Below are positions 29,008 through 39,275 of a stretch of DNA of 64,000 bases, piece by piece (positions within the stretch are counted from its first letter, which is position 1; each line of letters starts with the position of its first letter). Under the pieces are notes generated by a model. The model was not told where the DNA came from and searched no databases. It worked only from the letters and a program-made list of their open reading frames with translations. Both the position numbers and the translations under genes were made by a program. Source of the DNA: an uncultured delta proteobacterium (GTDB lineage: Bacteria; Desulfobacterota; Desulfomonilia; UBA1062); NCBI GenBank assembly GCA_963798485.1, contig CAWCTR010000002.1, positions 1-64,000 of the forward strand, written 5' to 3'.

Positions 29008-32000
29008 CTAGAGCTCTGCGTCGCAGCGCAGGCACCTGCAGGACTCTTTGTAGGCAGTCTTCTTGGAATAACCTAGTTCCACCTCTTTGAAGCTGATCAT
29101 GCGCTCCGATTTCTTGAGCTCGGGCATCTTGGCCTTGGGGCTCTCGATGACCTCTTCATCCACCTCGAAGGGGATCTCGATGACTTCGTCTTCAGGTATC
29201 CTGTAGGCGGGCTCGTTGTTCTTGGCGCGGATGAGACCGTCAACGTCTGAGGCAGTCTTGTGGCCCATGGCAATGGCCTCCACAACGGTGGCCGGACCGC
29301 TTGCCGCATCGCCTGCTATGAATACGCCCTCCGCCGTGGTCTTGTTCTTTGCCTTGCCTGTGGCCTTTATTCCGCCCCACTTGTCCAGGTTCACATCCGA
29401 ACCCGCTGCGATGAATGATGCATCGGTGCCCTGGGAGATTGCCGGGACTATGGTGTCTATGGAGAGCACGAACTCGCTGCCTGCAATGGCTACCGGTTTG
29501 CGCCTGCCGGAACGGTCGAACTCGCCCAGCTTCATGCGCTGGCACTCGACGCCGGCGAGTTTGTCGCCCTTGCCGATGAGTTTGGTCGGTGCGACCAGGT
29601 ACATGATCTTGACGCCTTCATGCTCGGCAGCCACAATCTCGTTCTCCCATGCGGGCATGTCTTTGCGCTCGCGGCGGTAGAGGATGGTGACGTCCTTGGC
29701 GCCAAGGCGGATAGCCGTGCGGGCCGCGTCGATGGCGGAGTTGCCGCCGCCTACGATAGCCACCTTCGAACCAATGCTCACCTTTTTGCCCAGGTTGACC
29801 TCGCGGAGGAATTCCACCGCACCCCAGACACCGGAGAGTTCTTCGCCCTCGATGCCCAGCCTTGTGCTCTTGTGCGCACCGACGGTGATGACGGTTATGT
29901 CGAAGTCCTTTCGGACCTGATCAAAGCTGATGTCCTTGCCTACCCTGGTATTGGTCTTGATATCCACACCCAGTGCGCGGATGTCGGCGACTTCCTGCTC
30001 CACGATGTCCCTGGGCATGCGGTATTCGGGGATGGCATAACGCATCATGCCGCCGGCAAAGGGCAGTTCCTCGAACACGGTTACCTTGTAGCCCCTTAAG
30101 GCCAGATCCTGTGCAGCAGTGAGTCCTGCAGGCCCTGCCCCGATAACCGCGATCTTCTCTTTGCGGGTGACCGGGGCTGCATCGACCTTGGGCCTCTTTG
30201 CGTTGTCCGATATATAGCGCTTAAGCCATGCAATGGCCATGGGTTCATCGAGCTGGCCCCTGCGGCACTTGTCGGCGCAGAACTGCGGGCAGACCCTGCC
30301 GCACACGCCGGGGAACGGATTGGTCCGCTTCATAACCTTGAATGCATCTGCGAGTCTGCCTGCCCTGATGAGTGCCATGTATGAGGGCACGTCCATCTCG
30401 ATGGGGCATGCATGCTGGCAGGGTGACTTGAACAGCTTCGAGCAGACAACAGCAGGACACTTCTTGTCGTAGATATGGGCCTCGTACTCGTGCCTGAAAT
30501 ACTTTATGGTCGACAGGACCGGGTTCGGGGCCGTCTGGCCGAGACCGCACAGGGCGGAGTCTTTAATAACGGCTGCCAGGTCTTCCAAGAGCTCGATGTC
30601 GCCTGCCTTGCCCTCGCCGCCGCATATCCTCTGGAGAATCTCCAGCATGCGCTTGGTGCCTTCACGGCACGGTGTGCACTTGCCGCAGGACTCTTCCTGG
30701 CAGAACTCCATGAAGAACTTGGCCGTGTCCACCATGCAGGTGTCCTCGTCCATGACGATAAGACCACCGGAACCCATGATGGCGCCGAGTTTGATGATTT
30801 CTTCGTAATCGGTGGGGGTGTTCAATGCCTCGGCCGGGATACAACCGCCGGACGGACCGCCGAGCTGGGCGGCCTTGTACTGTTTGCCGTTCCTGATGCC
30901 GCCGCCGATATCAAAGATAATCTCGCCGATTGCCGTGCCCATGGGGACTTCAACCAGACCGACATTGTTGACCGCGCCGGTAAGGGCGAACACCTTGGTG
31001 CCCTTAGAGCGCTCGGTACCCATGGAGGCATACCACTCGCCACCGTTTAGGATGATCTGCGAGATGTTTGCAAAGGTCTCAACGTTATTCAAGACCGAGG
31101 GCTTCTGCCACAGGCCCTTGCTCGCCGGGAACGGGGGACGGGGCCGCGGCATGCCTCGCTTGCCTTCGATGGAGTTCATCAGGGCCGTTTCTTCGCCGCA
31201 CACAAACGCGCCGGCGCCCTGGTAGACATGGATGTTCAGGCTGTAGCCGGAACCCAGGATGTTCTGACCGAGCAGCCCGTACTCCTTGGCCTGGTCGATG
31301 GCGATGGTGAGCCTCTTGATGGCCAGAGGATACTCGGCCCGGCAATAGATGTAGCCTTCATTGGCGCCGATGGCGTAGCCTCCGATGATCATGCCTTCGA
31401 GCACTGCATGGGGGTCGGCCTCAAGGACGGAGCGGTCCATGAATGCACCCGGGTCGCCCTCGTCCGCGTTGCACAGGATATATTTGACGTCGCTCACAGC
31501 CTTGCTTGCAAAAGACCACTTCATACCGGTGGGGAACCCGCCGCCCCCACGGCCGCGGAGACCGGATTTCTTCACCTCGTCGATGACCTGGTCCCTCTTC
31601 ATCTCGGTCAGGGCCTTGGCTGCCGCCATATAGCCGTCGCGGGCGATGTACTCGTCGATCTTTTCCGCGTCGATCAATCCTCTGTTCTTAAGGACAATGA
31701 GCTTCTGCTTTCCGAAGAACGGGATATCCATCATGTGGGGAATGGGCGCTTCCGTTGTCGGCTCTTTGTACATGAGCCTCTTGACCGGCCTGCCCTTGAC
31801 GATGTGTTCCTCGATGATCTCTGGGACATCTTGGGCCTTCACGTACTGGTAGAACGTCCCTTCCGGATATATGACCATAATGGGGCCTGCAGCGCAGAAC
31901 CCGTTACAGCCGGTTTCCACCACGGTTACCTCGTCGGTGAGATTCTTTGCAGCCAGTTCCTGTATAATAGCTCTATGGACTTCTCCACTGCCCGTGGCAT

Positions 32001-32049
32001 TGCACCCTGTGCCGCCGCAGACAAGTATATGTGCGCGAAAGACTTTCAT
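29008..32049 (-). CDS. NuoF-like hydrogenase diaphorase subunit (HydB/HndC) fused to a GltD-like FAD/NADP(H) oxidoreductase
   Basis: GRGGGGFPTG, NADEGDPGAFMDR, GAFVCGEETAL, ESCGKCTPCREG; then CQHACP, CGRVCP, GAGPAG, GGGNSAIDAAR, RCLRC. Confidence 0.93.
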   Translation of the reverse strand: MKVFRAHILVCGGTGCNATGSGEVHRAIIQELAAKNLTDEVTVVETGCNGFCAAGPIMVIYPEGTFYQYVKAQDVPEIIEEHIVKGRPVKRLMYKEPTTEAPIPHMMDIPFFGKQKLIVLKNRGLIDAEKIDEYIARDGYMAAAKALTEMKRDQVIDEVKKSGLRGRGGGGFPTGMKWSFASKAVSDVKYILCNADEGDPGAFMDRSVLEADPHAVLEGMIIGGYAIGANEGYIYCRAEYPLAIKRLTIAIDQAKEYGLLGQNILGSGYSLNIHVYQGAGAFVCGEETALMNSIEGKRGMPRPRPPFPASKGLWQKPSVLNNVETFANISQIILNGGEWYASMGTERSKGTKVFALTGAVNNVGLVEVPMGTAIGEIIFDIGGGIRNGKQYKAAQLGGPSGGCIPAEALNTPTDYEEIIKLGAIMGSGGLIVMDEDTCMVDTAKFFMEFCQEESCGKCTPCREGTKRMLEILQRICGGEGKAGDIELLEDLAAVIKDSALCGLGQTAPNPVLSTIKYFRHEYEAHIYDKKCPAVVCSKLFKSPCQHACPIEMDVPSYMALIRAGRLADAFKVMKRTNPFPGVCGRVCPQFCADKCRRGQLDEPMAIAWLKRYISDNAKRPKVDAAPVTRKEKIAVIGAGPAGLTAAQDLALRGYKVTVFEELPFAGGMMRYAIPEYRMPRDIVEQEVADIRALGVDIKTNTRVGKDISFDQVRKDFDITVITVGAHKSTRLGIEGEELSGVWGAVEFLREVNLGKKVSIGSKVAIVGGGNSAIDAARTAIRLGAKDVTILYRRERKDMPAWENEIVAAEHEGVKIMYLVAPTKLIGKGDKLAGVECQRMKLGEFDRSGRRKPVAIAGSEFVLSIDTIVPAISQGTDASFIAAGSDVNLDKWGGIKATGKAKNKTTAEGVFIAGDAASGPATVVEAIAMGHKTASDVDGLIRAKNNEPAYRIPEDEVIEIPFEVDEEVIESPKAKMPELKKSERMISFKEVELGYSKKTAYKESCRCLRCDAEL

Positions 32050-32444
32050 TTACGGACCCCCTTCTTGTCTTGTTCCGTGCCCCTTGCCATGACAAAGTCC
32101 ACCTGCACCTCGCCGTTCATGACGTGGCGCTTGAAGATCTGCCTGGCCTTGTTCGGGGTTAGATATTCATAGACGATTGCTTCTTTGCCCTGCTCTTCGA
32201 GGGTTGCCAGAGGCTCCCTGCTGCAGATGCCGATGCAACCCGAGGTGGTGATGAGGACATCGTTCACATTGTTTTCGCTGATCTCGCTCATGAAGGTGTC
32301 AAGGATCTCCTTGGCGCCGGATGCGATACCGCAGGTGCCCATATGCACGGTAAGCTTGATGCGCTTCGTGCCGGACCTGAACTGGTCCTCTTTCTCCACC
32401 CTGTTCTTAATCTTTTTCAGATCATCAATAGTCAGCTTCGCCAT
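32046..32444 (-). CDS. Thioredoxin-like [2Fe-2S] ferredoxin subunit (HndB/HydD type)
   Basis: VHMGTCGIASGA, SGCIGICSREP. Confidence 0.9.
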   Translation of the reverse strand: MAKLTIDDLKKIKNRVEKEDQFRSGTKRIKLTVHMGTCGIASGAKEILDTFMSEISENNVNDVLITTSGCIGICSREPLATLEEQGKEAIVYEYLTPNKARQIFKRHVMNGEVQVDFVMARGTEQDKKGVRK

Positions 32445-32454
32445 AGGGCCCCTC

Positions 32455-32961
32455 CTAATTATACTTCGCGAGCGTCTGCTCGAGTTTGGCCGGTTTTACC
32501 TGCCCGTGGGTGTCGGCGTCGACAACCACCACAGGTGCGAGACCGCATGCACCGAGACACCGCACCGTCTCCAGGGAGAAGTTCCTGTCTGCCGTGCATT
32601 CGCCCGGGGCAATCTTGAGGATATCGCCCACCCTGTCCAGAACCCTCTGCCCTCCTCTTACGTAACATGCCGTACCGAGGCATACGCGGATAACATGCTT
32701 GCCTCTGGGGATCATGGTGAAAAAGGAGTAGAAGGTTACCACACCGAACACGTTTGCCACGGGCAGATTCAGCCCGTCAGCCACCCTCATCTGGATGGAC
32801 ATGGGAAGAAAGCCGGTCACATCCTGAACCTGCTCGAGAACAGGGATCAGGGCGCCTGGTTTTCCCTTGTGATCCGTAATGATTTTGTCAACCTGCGCAA
32901 GTTGTTCAGAGGTGAACTCCGCCAACCCCGCGTCTGCCTGGGTATTATCGATCGCTTCCAC
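32455..32961 (-). CDS. NuoE-like [2Fe-2S] subunit (HydC/HndA)
   Basis: VTFYSFF, CLGTACYVRG, RCLGACGLAP. Confidence 0.93.
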   Translation of the reverse strand: MEAIDNTQADAGLAEFTSEQLAQVDKIITDHKGKPGALIPVLEQVQDVTGFLPMSIQMRVADGLNLPVANVFGVVTFYSFFTMIPRGKHVIRVCLGTACYVRGGQRVLDRVGDILKIAPGECTADRNFSLETVRCLGACGLAPVVVVDADTHGQVKPAKLEQTLAKYN

Positions 32962-33281
32962 GGTTTACCCCCTATCGCGTATTAAGTCTTGTTAATCTTG
33001 TGACTCTTTCGAGCATATTTCCTTATCATACAGTCATGCCGGCATCAAGAATAAACTGAATTGTGGTTCACCACTCAGAAAATCACAGTCAATAGGTTGA
33101 TGTTTCTTGGGAAATTAATCCGAAAAACGGCCCTGGCCTTCTGATACCTTTTGCTCATAGGAAGACCCCGGTAAAAATAGTAACGGTAGTTTGGGCGATT
33201 TCTTCCTTATGGTCATTGCCAATCGGCGATACAACACCCTGACATACTGACAGAATATTGTCCTTATTATCTTGGTTATCT

Positions 33282-34772
33282 TTATAATGTGCCCTGTCTG
33301 TTTTTCAGAAGACACTTCCTGAAGTGGATACCTACGATCATAAGACGTACTACCTCACCGAAGGTCTTCGGGCAAGTTAGGATGCTCCTGATGAGGAGCC
33401 TCCAGTAGTAGCTCCTGAACCCTTCCTCATTACAGATACCAATACGCCAGAGACTCTTGAACAAAGCCTTGATGCCTGACCTGTCGATTGTTGAAACCGT
33501 ATGCTGCTTATACAGGCATAGAAACTCTTTACACCGTCGGTAATAGGCCGCAGGTGAATAAATGGTTTCAAGGACACCACGATAACCGTTGATGAGCTTT
33601 TCCCGATCCATTTTCGGGATGAAATTGAGCATACCGTCAGTATTGTTACCGGAAGATTCACAAAGCAGTCTGCCCTCGGAGTGTAGGCGCTTCCATAGCC
33701 TTGTCCCTTTCAGTGCCTCCAGAAGCCCTACCATTGCCATAATGATGCCGCTATGCTGGATGAACTCGATCTGCTTTTCAAAAATGTCATCCGGGTCGCT
33801 GTCGAATCCGATTATAAAGCCCCCCATAACCTCAAGACCGTGTCTTTGGAGGATGTGAACTGATTTAAGCAAGTCGGCCTTGAGATTCTGCACCTTGCCG
33901 GTCTCCTCGAGACTTTGGGTATTCGGTGTCTCAATGCCGATAAACACCTTGTTGAAGCCTGCCTGGACCATGAGGTCAATGAGCTCTGCGTCTTGGGCCA
34001 GATTCAGGGAGGCCTCGGTAAAAAAATGGAAAGGCCTTTCATGTTCATCCATCCATCGTGCAAGATCCTTAAGCATTTCCTTTACCTTTGATTTCACCCC
34101 GATAAAATTATCATCCACAATGAAAACAGAGCCTCTCCAGCCTTTCAAGAACAACCCCTCGACCTCAGCAATGAATTGGGATGCGCTCTTTGTACGCTGC
34201 TTTCTTCCGTTCATACGAACGATGTCGCAGAATTCGCAGTCATAAGGACAGCCGCGGGAAAACTGCAATAACATGGAATCATAGTCTTGAAAATCGATGA
34301 GCGACCAGTCGGGCTCGCAGGTAAGGCACAGGTCGGGTTGAGACTCAGGCACATATATCTCTTTGGCCTGACCTTGAAGGAGATCTTCTAAAAAATGCCT
34401 GAATGTTTCCTCTGCCTCGCCGAGTATGAGGTGCTCCACCCCTGCAATAGCGACTTCTTCAACTGTGAAATAAGGTCCGCCTGCCACCACCTTGACCCCT
34501 ACTTCCCTGCACCTGTCAAGCACCTGGGTAAAGGAGGCTTTCTGCACGCTCATTACGCTGATAAAGGCATAGTCCGCCCATTGGAGGTCCTCATGAGTAA
34601 GCGATCTTATATTCATATCTACAAGTCGTTTGTTCCATGTATCAGGAACCAGGGCTGCAATAGTAAGCAGGCCCAGGGGGGGAAATGCCGATTTTTTTGA
34701 AACAAATTCCAGGGCGTATTTAAAGCTCCAGAATGTCTCCGGGATTTCGGGATAAATGAATAGCACGTTCAT
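33282..34772 (-). CDS. B12-binding domain radical SAM protein (DUF4070-type C-terminus)
   Basis: PPLGLLTIAA, SRGCPYDCEFCDI, VDDNFIG, GGFIIGFDSD. Confidence 0.9.
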   Translation of the reverse strand: MNVLFIYPEIPETFWSFKYALEFVSKKSAFPPLGLLTIAALVPDTWNKRLVDMNIRSLTHEDLQWADYAFISVMSVQKASFTQVLDRCREVGVKVVAGGPYFTVEEVAIAGVEHLILGEAEETFRHFLEDLLQGQAKEIYVPESQPDLCLTCEPDWSLIDFQDYDSMLLQFSRGCPYDCEFCDIVRMNGRKQRTKSASQFIAEVEGLFLKGWRGSVFIVDDNFIGVKSKVKEMLKDLARWMDEHERPFHFFTEASLNLAQDAELIDLMVQAGFNKVFIGIETPNTQSLEETGKVQNLKADLLKSVHILQRHGLEVMGGFIIGFDSDPDDIFEKQIEFIQHSGIIMAMVGLLEALKGTRLWKRLHSEGRLLCESSGNNTDGMLNFIPKMDREKLINGYRGVLETIYSPAAYYRRCKEFLCLYKQHTVSTIDRSGIKALFKSLWRIGICNEEGFRSYYWRLLIRSILTCPKTFGEVVRLMIVGIHFRKCLLKNRQGTL

Positions 34773-34888
34773 ATCTGATCCTCCATTTTTTCATAACATA
34801 TGAATGTATATAGGATAATATGAGGTTATCATTATTCAAGGGAATCAGTGTAAAAGTTACCTAAACTTACTGTTACAGTTTTGAAAAT

Positions 34889-34934
34889 AAAAAAAGACTT
34901 CATTGTCCCTGCATGGGGGCCGGACAATGAAGTC
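34889..34934 (-). terminator. Rho-independent terminator downstream of PAS-LuxR gene
   Basis: 13-bp stem gacttcattgtcc/ggacaatgaagtc followed by T7 on minus strand. Confidence 0.75.
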
Positions 34935-35046
34935 AATAATCAAAATCTATACCCTCCTTTACATATCGGACATTAATGCCATAATTCAGGATAAATTTAA
35001 ATGCTAAAAATTACATAGTTGAATGACAGGTTTATCCTGGTAATAG

Positions 35047-36357
35047 TTATGTCTCTTGCTCAATGGTATTCAGATATGCCCTGAGATTCTTCTTGGCCTT
35101 GAGCAGCCCACACTTTTTCCTTATATTACTCCGGTGAAATGATACTGCAAAGGCTGATACCTTAAGCATTGTTGCGATTTCTTTGGTGGACTTACCTTGT
35201 TTGATAAGGTCGGCTATCCTCATCTCCATGGGGGTAAAATTCAGATAATGCTGTGAAAGAGGATTGATATAGGGAGAGAGGAGTTCATCAAGATTTGCCT
35301 TAACGATATTAAGATAGATCCGATTTTCGTCATCGAGATTACTTGATTCAATCTTTTCCAGATAAGGGTAAATAATCTTTCGTGCCCTGGAGATAATAGA
35401 CTCCTGGGCCTGCTTCTTCTCCTTATCTCGGGAATCGAGCAGCACTTTCAATGTAATATTCATTTCTTCAAGGTAACGGGCCTGATTGGCCAACTCCCTC
35501 TCCTTTGCAAGCAGCTGTTCTTCAAAGCGTTTGCGCTCGGTGATATCCCTGGCTATGCCGCACAATCCTGTTACATTGCCGGAACTGTCACGCATAGGTG
35601 ATTTGATGAAATGAAAGGTCAGGAGGGACTCATTGATAACCCTTGAGTATTCTCCCTCCACAATATCTCCGCCCAAAACCTTCCTATCGGTTTCTCTGAC
35701 ATCCGGTTCGACGTCCTTTATACAGAGATCTTCATTCTTCTTGCCCAGGATATCCTTGGAAGAAATCCCAAACAACTTCTCTATACATGGGTTTACGAAG
35801 ACATATTCATAGTTGAGATTCTTGATGTAGATACAATCCTGGGCTGACTCGAAGATCGTCCGGAAGCGCTCTTCACTCTCCCGGAGGACCTTTTCCATCT
35901 CGATACGTTCTGTAATGTCTCTAGCTACCGAGATGACTGCCCGGTCCTTTCCTCCCGGCATATAGGGCACACCGTTGATCTCTCCATACCTGACCTCACC
36001 GTCTTTTGTTATAAATTGATAGGTCGAAGAGAAGACACTCTTTCCTGAAAGCACCAACAGCGTCTCATCTATGGCCTTTTGGATATATTCAGGCGCAATG
36101 ATATTCAGCTCGGCAAATGATCTGCCAATGAGCTCTTCCGGCTTATAACCCAGTACCCGCTCAACACTGGGCGAAACACTCTGTATGACAAAGCTCCCAT
36201 CTATCGTATAAATTACATCGTTAGCCAAAGAAAAATGGATCTGGTACTTTTCTGCAGTCTCGCGCAGAGTAGCCTCTACACCCGCCCGCTCGGCAGCTGA
36301 CCGCTCCAACTCGCTAACCCTCCTCTTCAATTCCTGGTAAATAGATTTCTCATTCAT
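35047..36357 (-). CDS. PAS-PAS-LuxR transcriptional regulator
   Basis: Two PAS domains ending ARDITER; C-terminal FTPMEMRIA...GKSTKEIA...HRSNIRKK. Confidence 0.9.
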   Translation of the reverse strand: MNEKSIYQELKRRVSELERSAAERAGVEATLRETAEKYQIHFSLANDVIYTIDGSFVIQSVSPSVERVLGYKPEELIGRSFAELNIIAPEYIQKAIDETLLVLSGKSVFSSTYQFITKDGEVRYGEINGVPYMPGGKDRAVISVARDITERIEMEKVLRESEERFRTIFESAQDCIYIKNLNYEYVFVNPCIEKLFGISSKDILGKKNEDLCIKDVEPDVRETDRKVLGGDIVEGEYSRVINESLLTFHFIKSPMRDSSGNVTGLCGIARDITERKRFEEQLLAKERELANQARYLEEMNITLKVLLDSRDKEKKQAQESIISRARKIIYPYLEKIESSNLDDENRIYLNIVKANLDELLSPYINPLSQHYLNFTPMEMRIADLIKQGKSTKEIATMLKVSAFAVSFHRSNIRKKCGLLKAKKNLRAYLNTIEQET

Positions 36358-36540
36358 ACCCTGCTCTTTGAGAAAAGATTATCACAAATCATTTGATATT
36401 TTCATTTCACTATATAAGTAAGATAGTCGTGATTATGATAAGGCAATTTGAGCAATCTATCAATTATTTTTTTTTATAATCCTTATTTAATACCAAGCCT
36501 GCCAGACAACGCTTTTAAAATAGCTTAATACATTTTATTC

Positions 36541-37740
36541 TCAAAAGGCAAATTTACCATCTTCATAGATGGTAACAATCTTTCCTGAGGCCAACTGAGC
36601 CTTTACCCGCTTCCTCTCGGTATTTACCAGATCCCAATGCAGGGCGGAGTCGTTGAACCCGAGTTCTTTCTTCTTATCAGGCGTAAGCTCTGCTGCATTA
36701 CCATCAAAGGTATCGGAATATGATGCCCCAAGGGCAACATGGCAATTCCCGCTCTTGCCCCCATAGTTCTCATCATAAAGGGTGTTTGCCATGAAAGTGC
36801 TTATCTTGGAAAATCTCTTGTCTGTCAGGGAAAACTCGCCTAATTTGTTGGCACCACCATCCATGGCGATCTGCTTTTTGAGGAACTCCCCCCCTTGTTC
36901 GGCAGAGGCACGCTCAACAGAACCCGCCTTGAAAAAAAGGCGTATCCCTTTCACGTAATTCCCGCTGCGGTATGTCGGCTGATCGGCATAAAAGGTGCCT
37001 TCAGTACCCCGCCAATCAGGCGAAAGGAATAACTCGAAGCTCGGTATATTATGCCCCGAAATACCCACCCATTTTCTCTTCAGCCCAGGGGTTACCTTCA
37101 GATCCACATGCTCTGATTCAATAATATATCTGATGACCTTCATACTGTTCAGCCATTTTTTAATTGACTGGGCATCGTTATAAATATTCTTCCACCAGGC
37201 TACGGGGTCGGTCTTTTTTAGAGAGCAGGCATTAATAATCTGCTCGGAGTATTCTTCCACGCTCAGTCCTGCATGCCTGGCAAGCTCTGTTGTTGGGTAT
37301 ACACACAAGGTCCATCCAAACTTTCCTTCAGCCTCACGCCTATCAAGGATATCGTTCAGATACTTGCGGGCTACCGCCGCCTTACCGATCTTCTCAGGCC
37401 TCACATCGCAAAGGTGAGTTATAGAAGCCGGGGCTCGGAGCGTAATGTTGCCATGAATAGCCTTGAACAGCTCTTCATCCCCAGGGGTTTTAAATATAAG
37501 CTGTTTTGTATTCGAGAGACTATAGTAGTCATGCTCCATCCTTGGTGAAAAGGAAGTGCGCTGCACCGGGTTCAGTCCCATTTCGAGCAAGTGGGCATAG
37601 ACAACCTCAGCCAGAGGCAATGCAGGCATATCATAGCGGATAAGTACGATATCGCCCTTTTTGAATCTTTCTATCCTAGCGGTCTTCAAACCCCAGATGA
37701 GGACCTGCGCATATCTCTGTAGGTGAATAGCTCTCAGCAT
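36541..37740 (-). CDS. Aminopeptidase (M29 family)
   Basis: NIPSFELFLSP, GEFSLTD, TLYDEN, CHVALG, SALHWDLV. Confidence 0.9.
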   Translation of the reverse strand: MLRAIHLQRYAQVLIWGLKTARIERFKKGDIVLIRYDMPALPLAEVVYAHLLEMGLNPVQRTSFSPRMEHDYYSLSNTKQLIFKTPGDEELFKAIHGNITLRAPASITHLCDVRPEKIGKAAVARKYLNDILDRREAEGKFGWTLCVYPTTELARHAGLSVEEYSEQIINACSLKKTDPVAWWKNIYNDAQSIKKWLNSMKVIRYIIESEHVDLKVTPGLKRKWVGISGHNIPSFELFLSPDWRGTEGTFYADQPTYRSGNYVKGIRLFFKAGSVERASAEQGGEFLKKQIAMDGGANKLGEFSLTDKRFSKISTFMANTLYDENYGGKSGNCHVALGASYSDTFDGNAAELTPDKKKELGFNDSALHWDLVNTERKRVKAQLASGKIVTIYEDGKFAF

Positions 37741-37813
37741 ACGGTCTCCTGTTGCAAAGCTTGTAAAAGTCTTTTATCAAAAAAGTGCCTTGGCACACAA
37801 TATATATAATCCG

Positions 37814-38884
37814 TCACTTGGCACCCAGATTCTTGCATATCTCATCAACCACTTCGCTTGTGGTGCTTTTGCCTCCCATATCCGGCGTCCTTACCTTTCT
37901 GGCAGCAAGAACGGATTCGAGCGCCCCCATGAGCAGTCCTGCCATATCTGCCAGATCAAGATGTTCCAGCATCAATACCATCGACCAGATCATGCCCACT
38001 GGGTTTGCAATACCCTTGCCTGCAATATCCGGCGCCGACCCATGAATGGGCTCGAACATGCTGGGAAATCGCTTTTCCGGGTTGATGTTTGCCGAAGGCG
38101 ATATGCCTATGCTCCCGAGCATGGCAGAACCGAGGTCGGTCAAGATATCGCCGAAAAGATTACTCGCCACCACTACGTCAAGGTCGTTCGGTCTCATAAT
38201 CATGAGCCCGGCAAGGGCATCCACATGCATGCCCCGTGATTCGATGTCTCGGTATTCTGTCCGTACGTCCTCAAAAATCCTGTCCCAGAAGACCATCGAA
38301 TAGTTAAGCGCATTGGACTTTGTGGCGCTGACCATACTCTTACGGCCATGTTTTCGGGCATACTCAAAGGCGTACCGGATGACCCTGGTAACACCCTTGA
38401 GGGTAAAATGCGACTCTTGAACAGCCTCTTCATCAGGGGTGCCTACATTGAGGAATGATCCGTGGCCGCAATACTCGCCTTCGGAGTTCTCACGAATCAC
38501 CACGAAGTCGATATCATGGGAAGATTTCACCTTTAAAGGTGAGTCCAGCCCATCGAGGAGCCTTATAGGTCTGAAATTTATATACTGGTCGAATCCCTGC
38601 CGGATAGGAAGCAGCAGATTCTGAAGCGAGATATGGTCAGGAACGCTCGGAAAACCCACTGCGCCAAGCAGGATAACGTCACAGTCAGAGAGGATCTTCA
38701 ACCCATCGTCGGGCATCATGGACGCGTGTTTCAGGTAATACCCGCATCCCCATTCGACCTCTCTGGTCATGAAAACAAGACCGCCATGGATCTCCTCGAG
38801 TCTCCTTAAGATCCTGATACATTCATTGGTTACTTCGATGCCAATGCCATCGCCGGGTATGAGTGTTATTGCAACTTTTCTCAT
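37814..38884 (-). CDS. Tartrate/D-malate dehydrogenase-like beta-decarboxylating dehydrogenase
   Basis: IPGDGIG, PDHISL, SATKSN, NLFGDILTDL, EPIHGSAPDIAGKGIANP. Confidence 0.85.
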   Translation of the reverse strand: MRKVAITLIPGDGIGIEVTNECIRILRRLEEIHGGLVFMTREVEWGCGYYLKHASMMPDDGLKILSDCDVILLGAVGFPSVPDHISLQNLLLPIRQGFDQYINFRPIRLLDGLDSPLKVKSSHDIDFVVIRENSEGEYCGHGSFLNVGTPDEEAVQESHFTLKGVTRVIRYAFEYARKHGRKSMVSATKSNALNYSMVFWDRIFEDVRTEYRDIESRGMHVDALAGLMIMRPNDLDVVVASNLFGDILTDLGSAMLGSIGISPSANINPEKRFPSMFEPIHGSAPDIAGKGIANPVGMIWSMVLMLEHLDLADMAGLLMGALESVLAARKVRTPDMGGKSTTSEVVDEICKNLGAK

Positions 38885-39275
38885 GCGCTACCTTCCTTAG
38901 GACAGATTGTCTGTTCATTTTCAAGGACGTGATTTGGGCATCACTGACCTACAAAAATTTATTTACATTAGCCATAACATTCTCATCGACGCACATAAAG
39001 AGTACCGATATATGAAAGAATCTTATTCAGGTATTAATTCCTGATTAATTGTGATAGTGGTTACATATGAACATCGGGGATGTGAAGATAGCTGCTATCT
39101 TCATCTATTGCCTCCATTATGGCTTTATGGCATTACCCCTCTTATGTATTCCCCACACTCACAGGGGAGAGGGTAGGCGTACAGGTGTCTCACCCCATGC
39201 AGATTCCTGTATGTTCGCACCTCCCCCTTTTTTTAATGCAGTGATGCCCTCATGAGGGCGTAAATACAAGAGCGT

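Noticed and set aside
39067-39255. 62-aa ORF in intergenic region
   Set aside because: No clear RBS or motif; overlaps repeat-like sequence.
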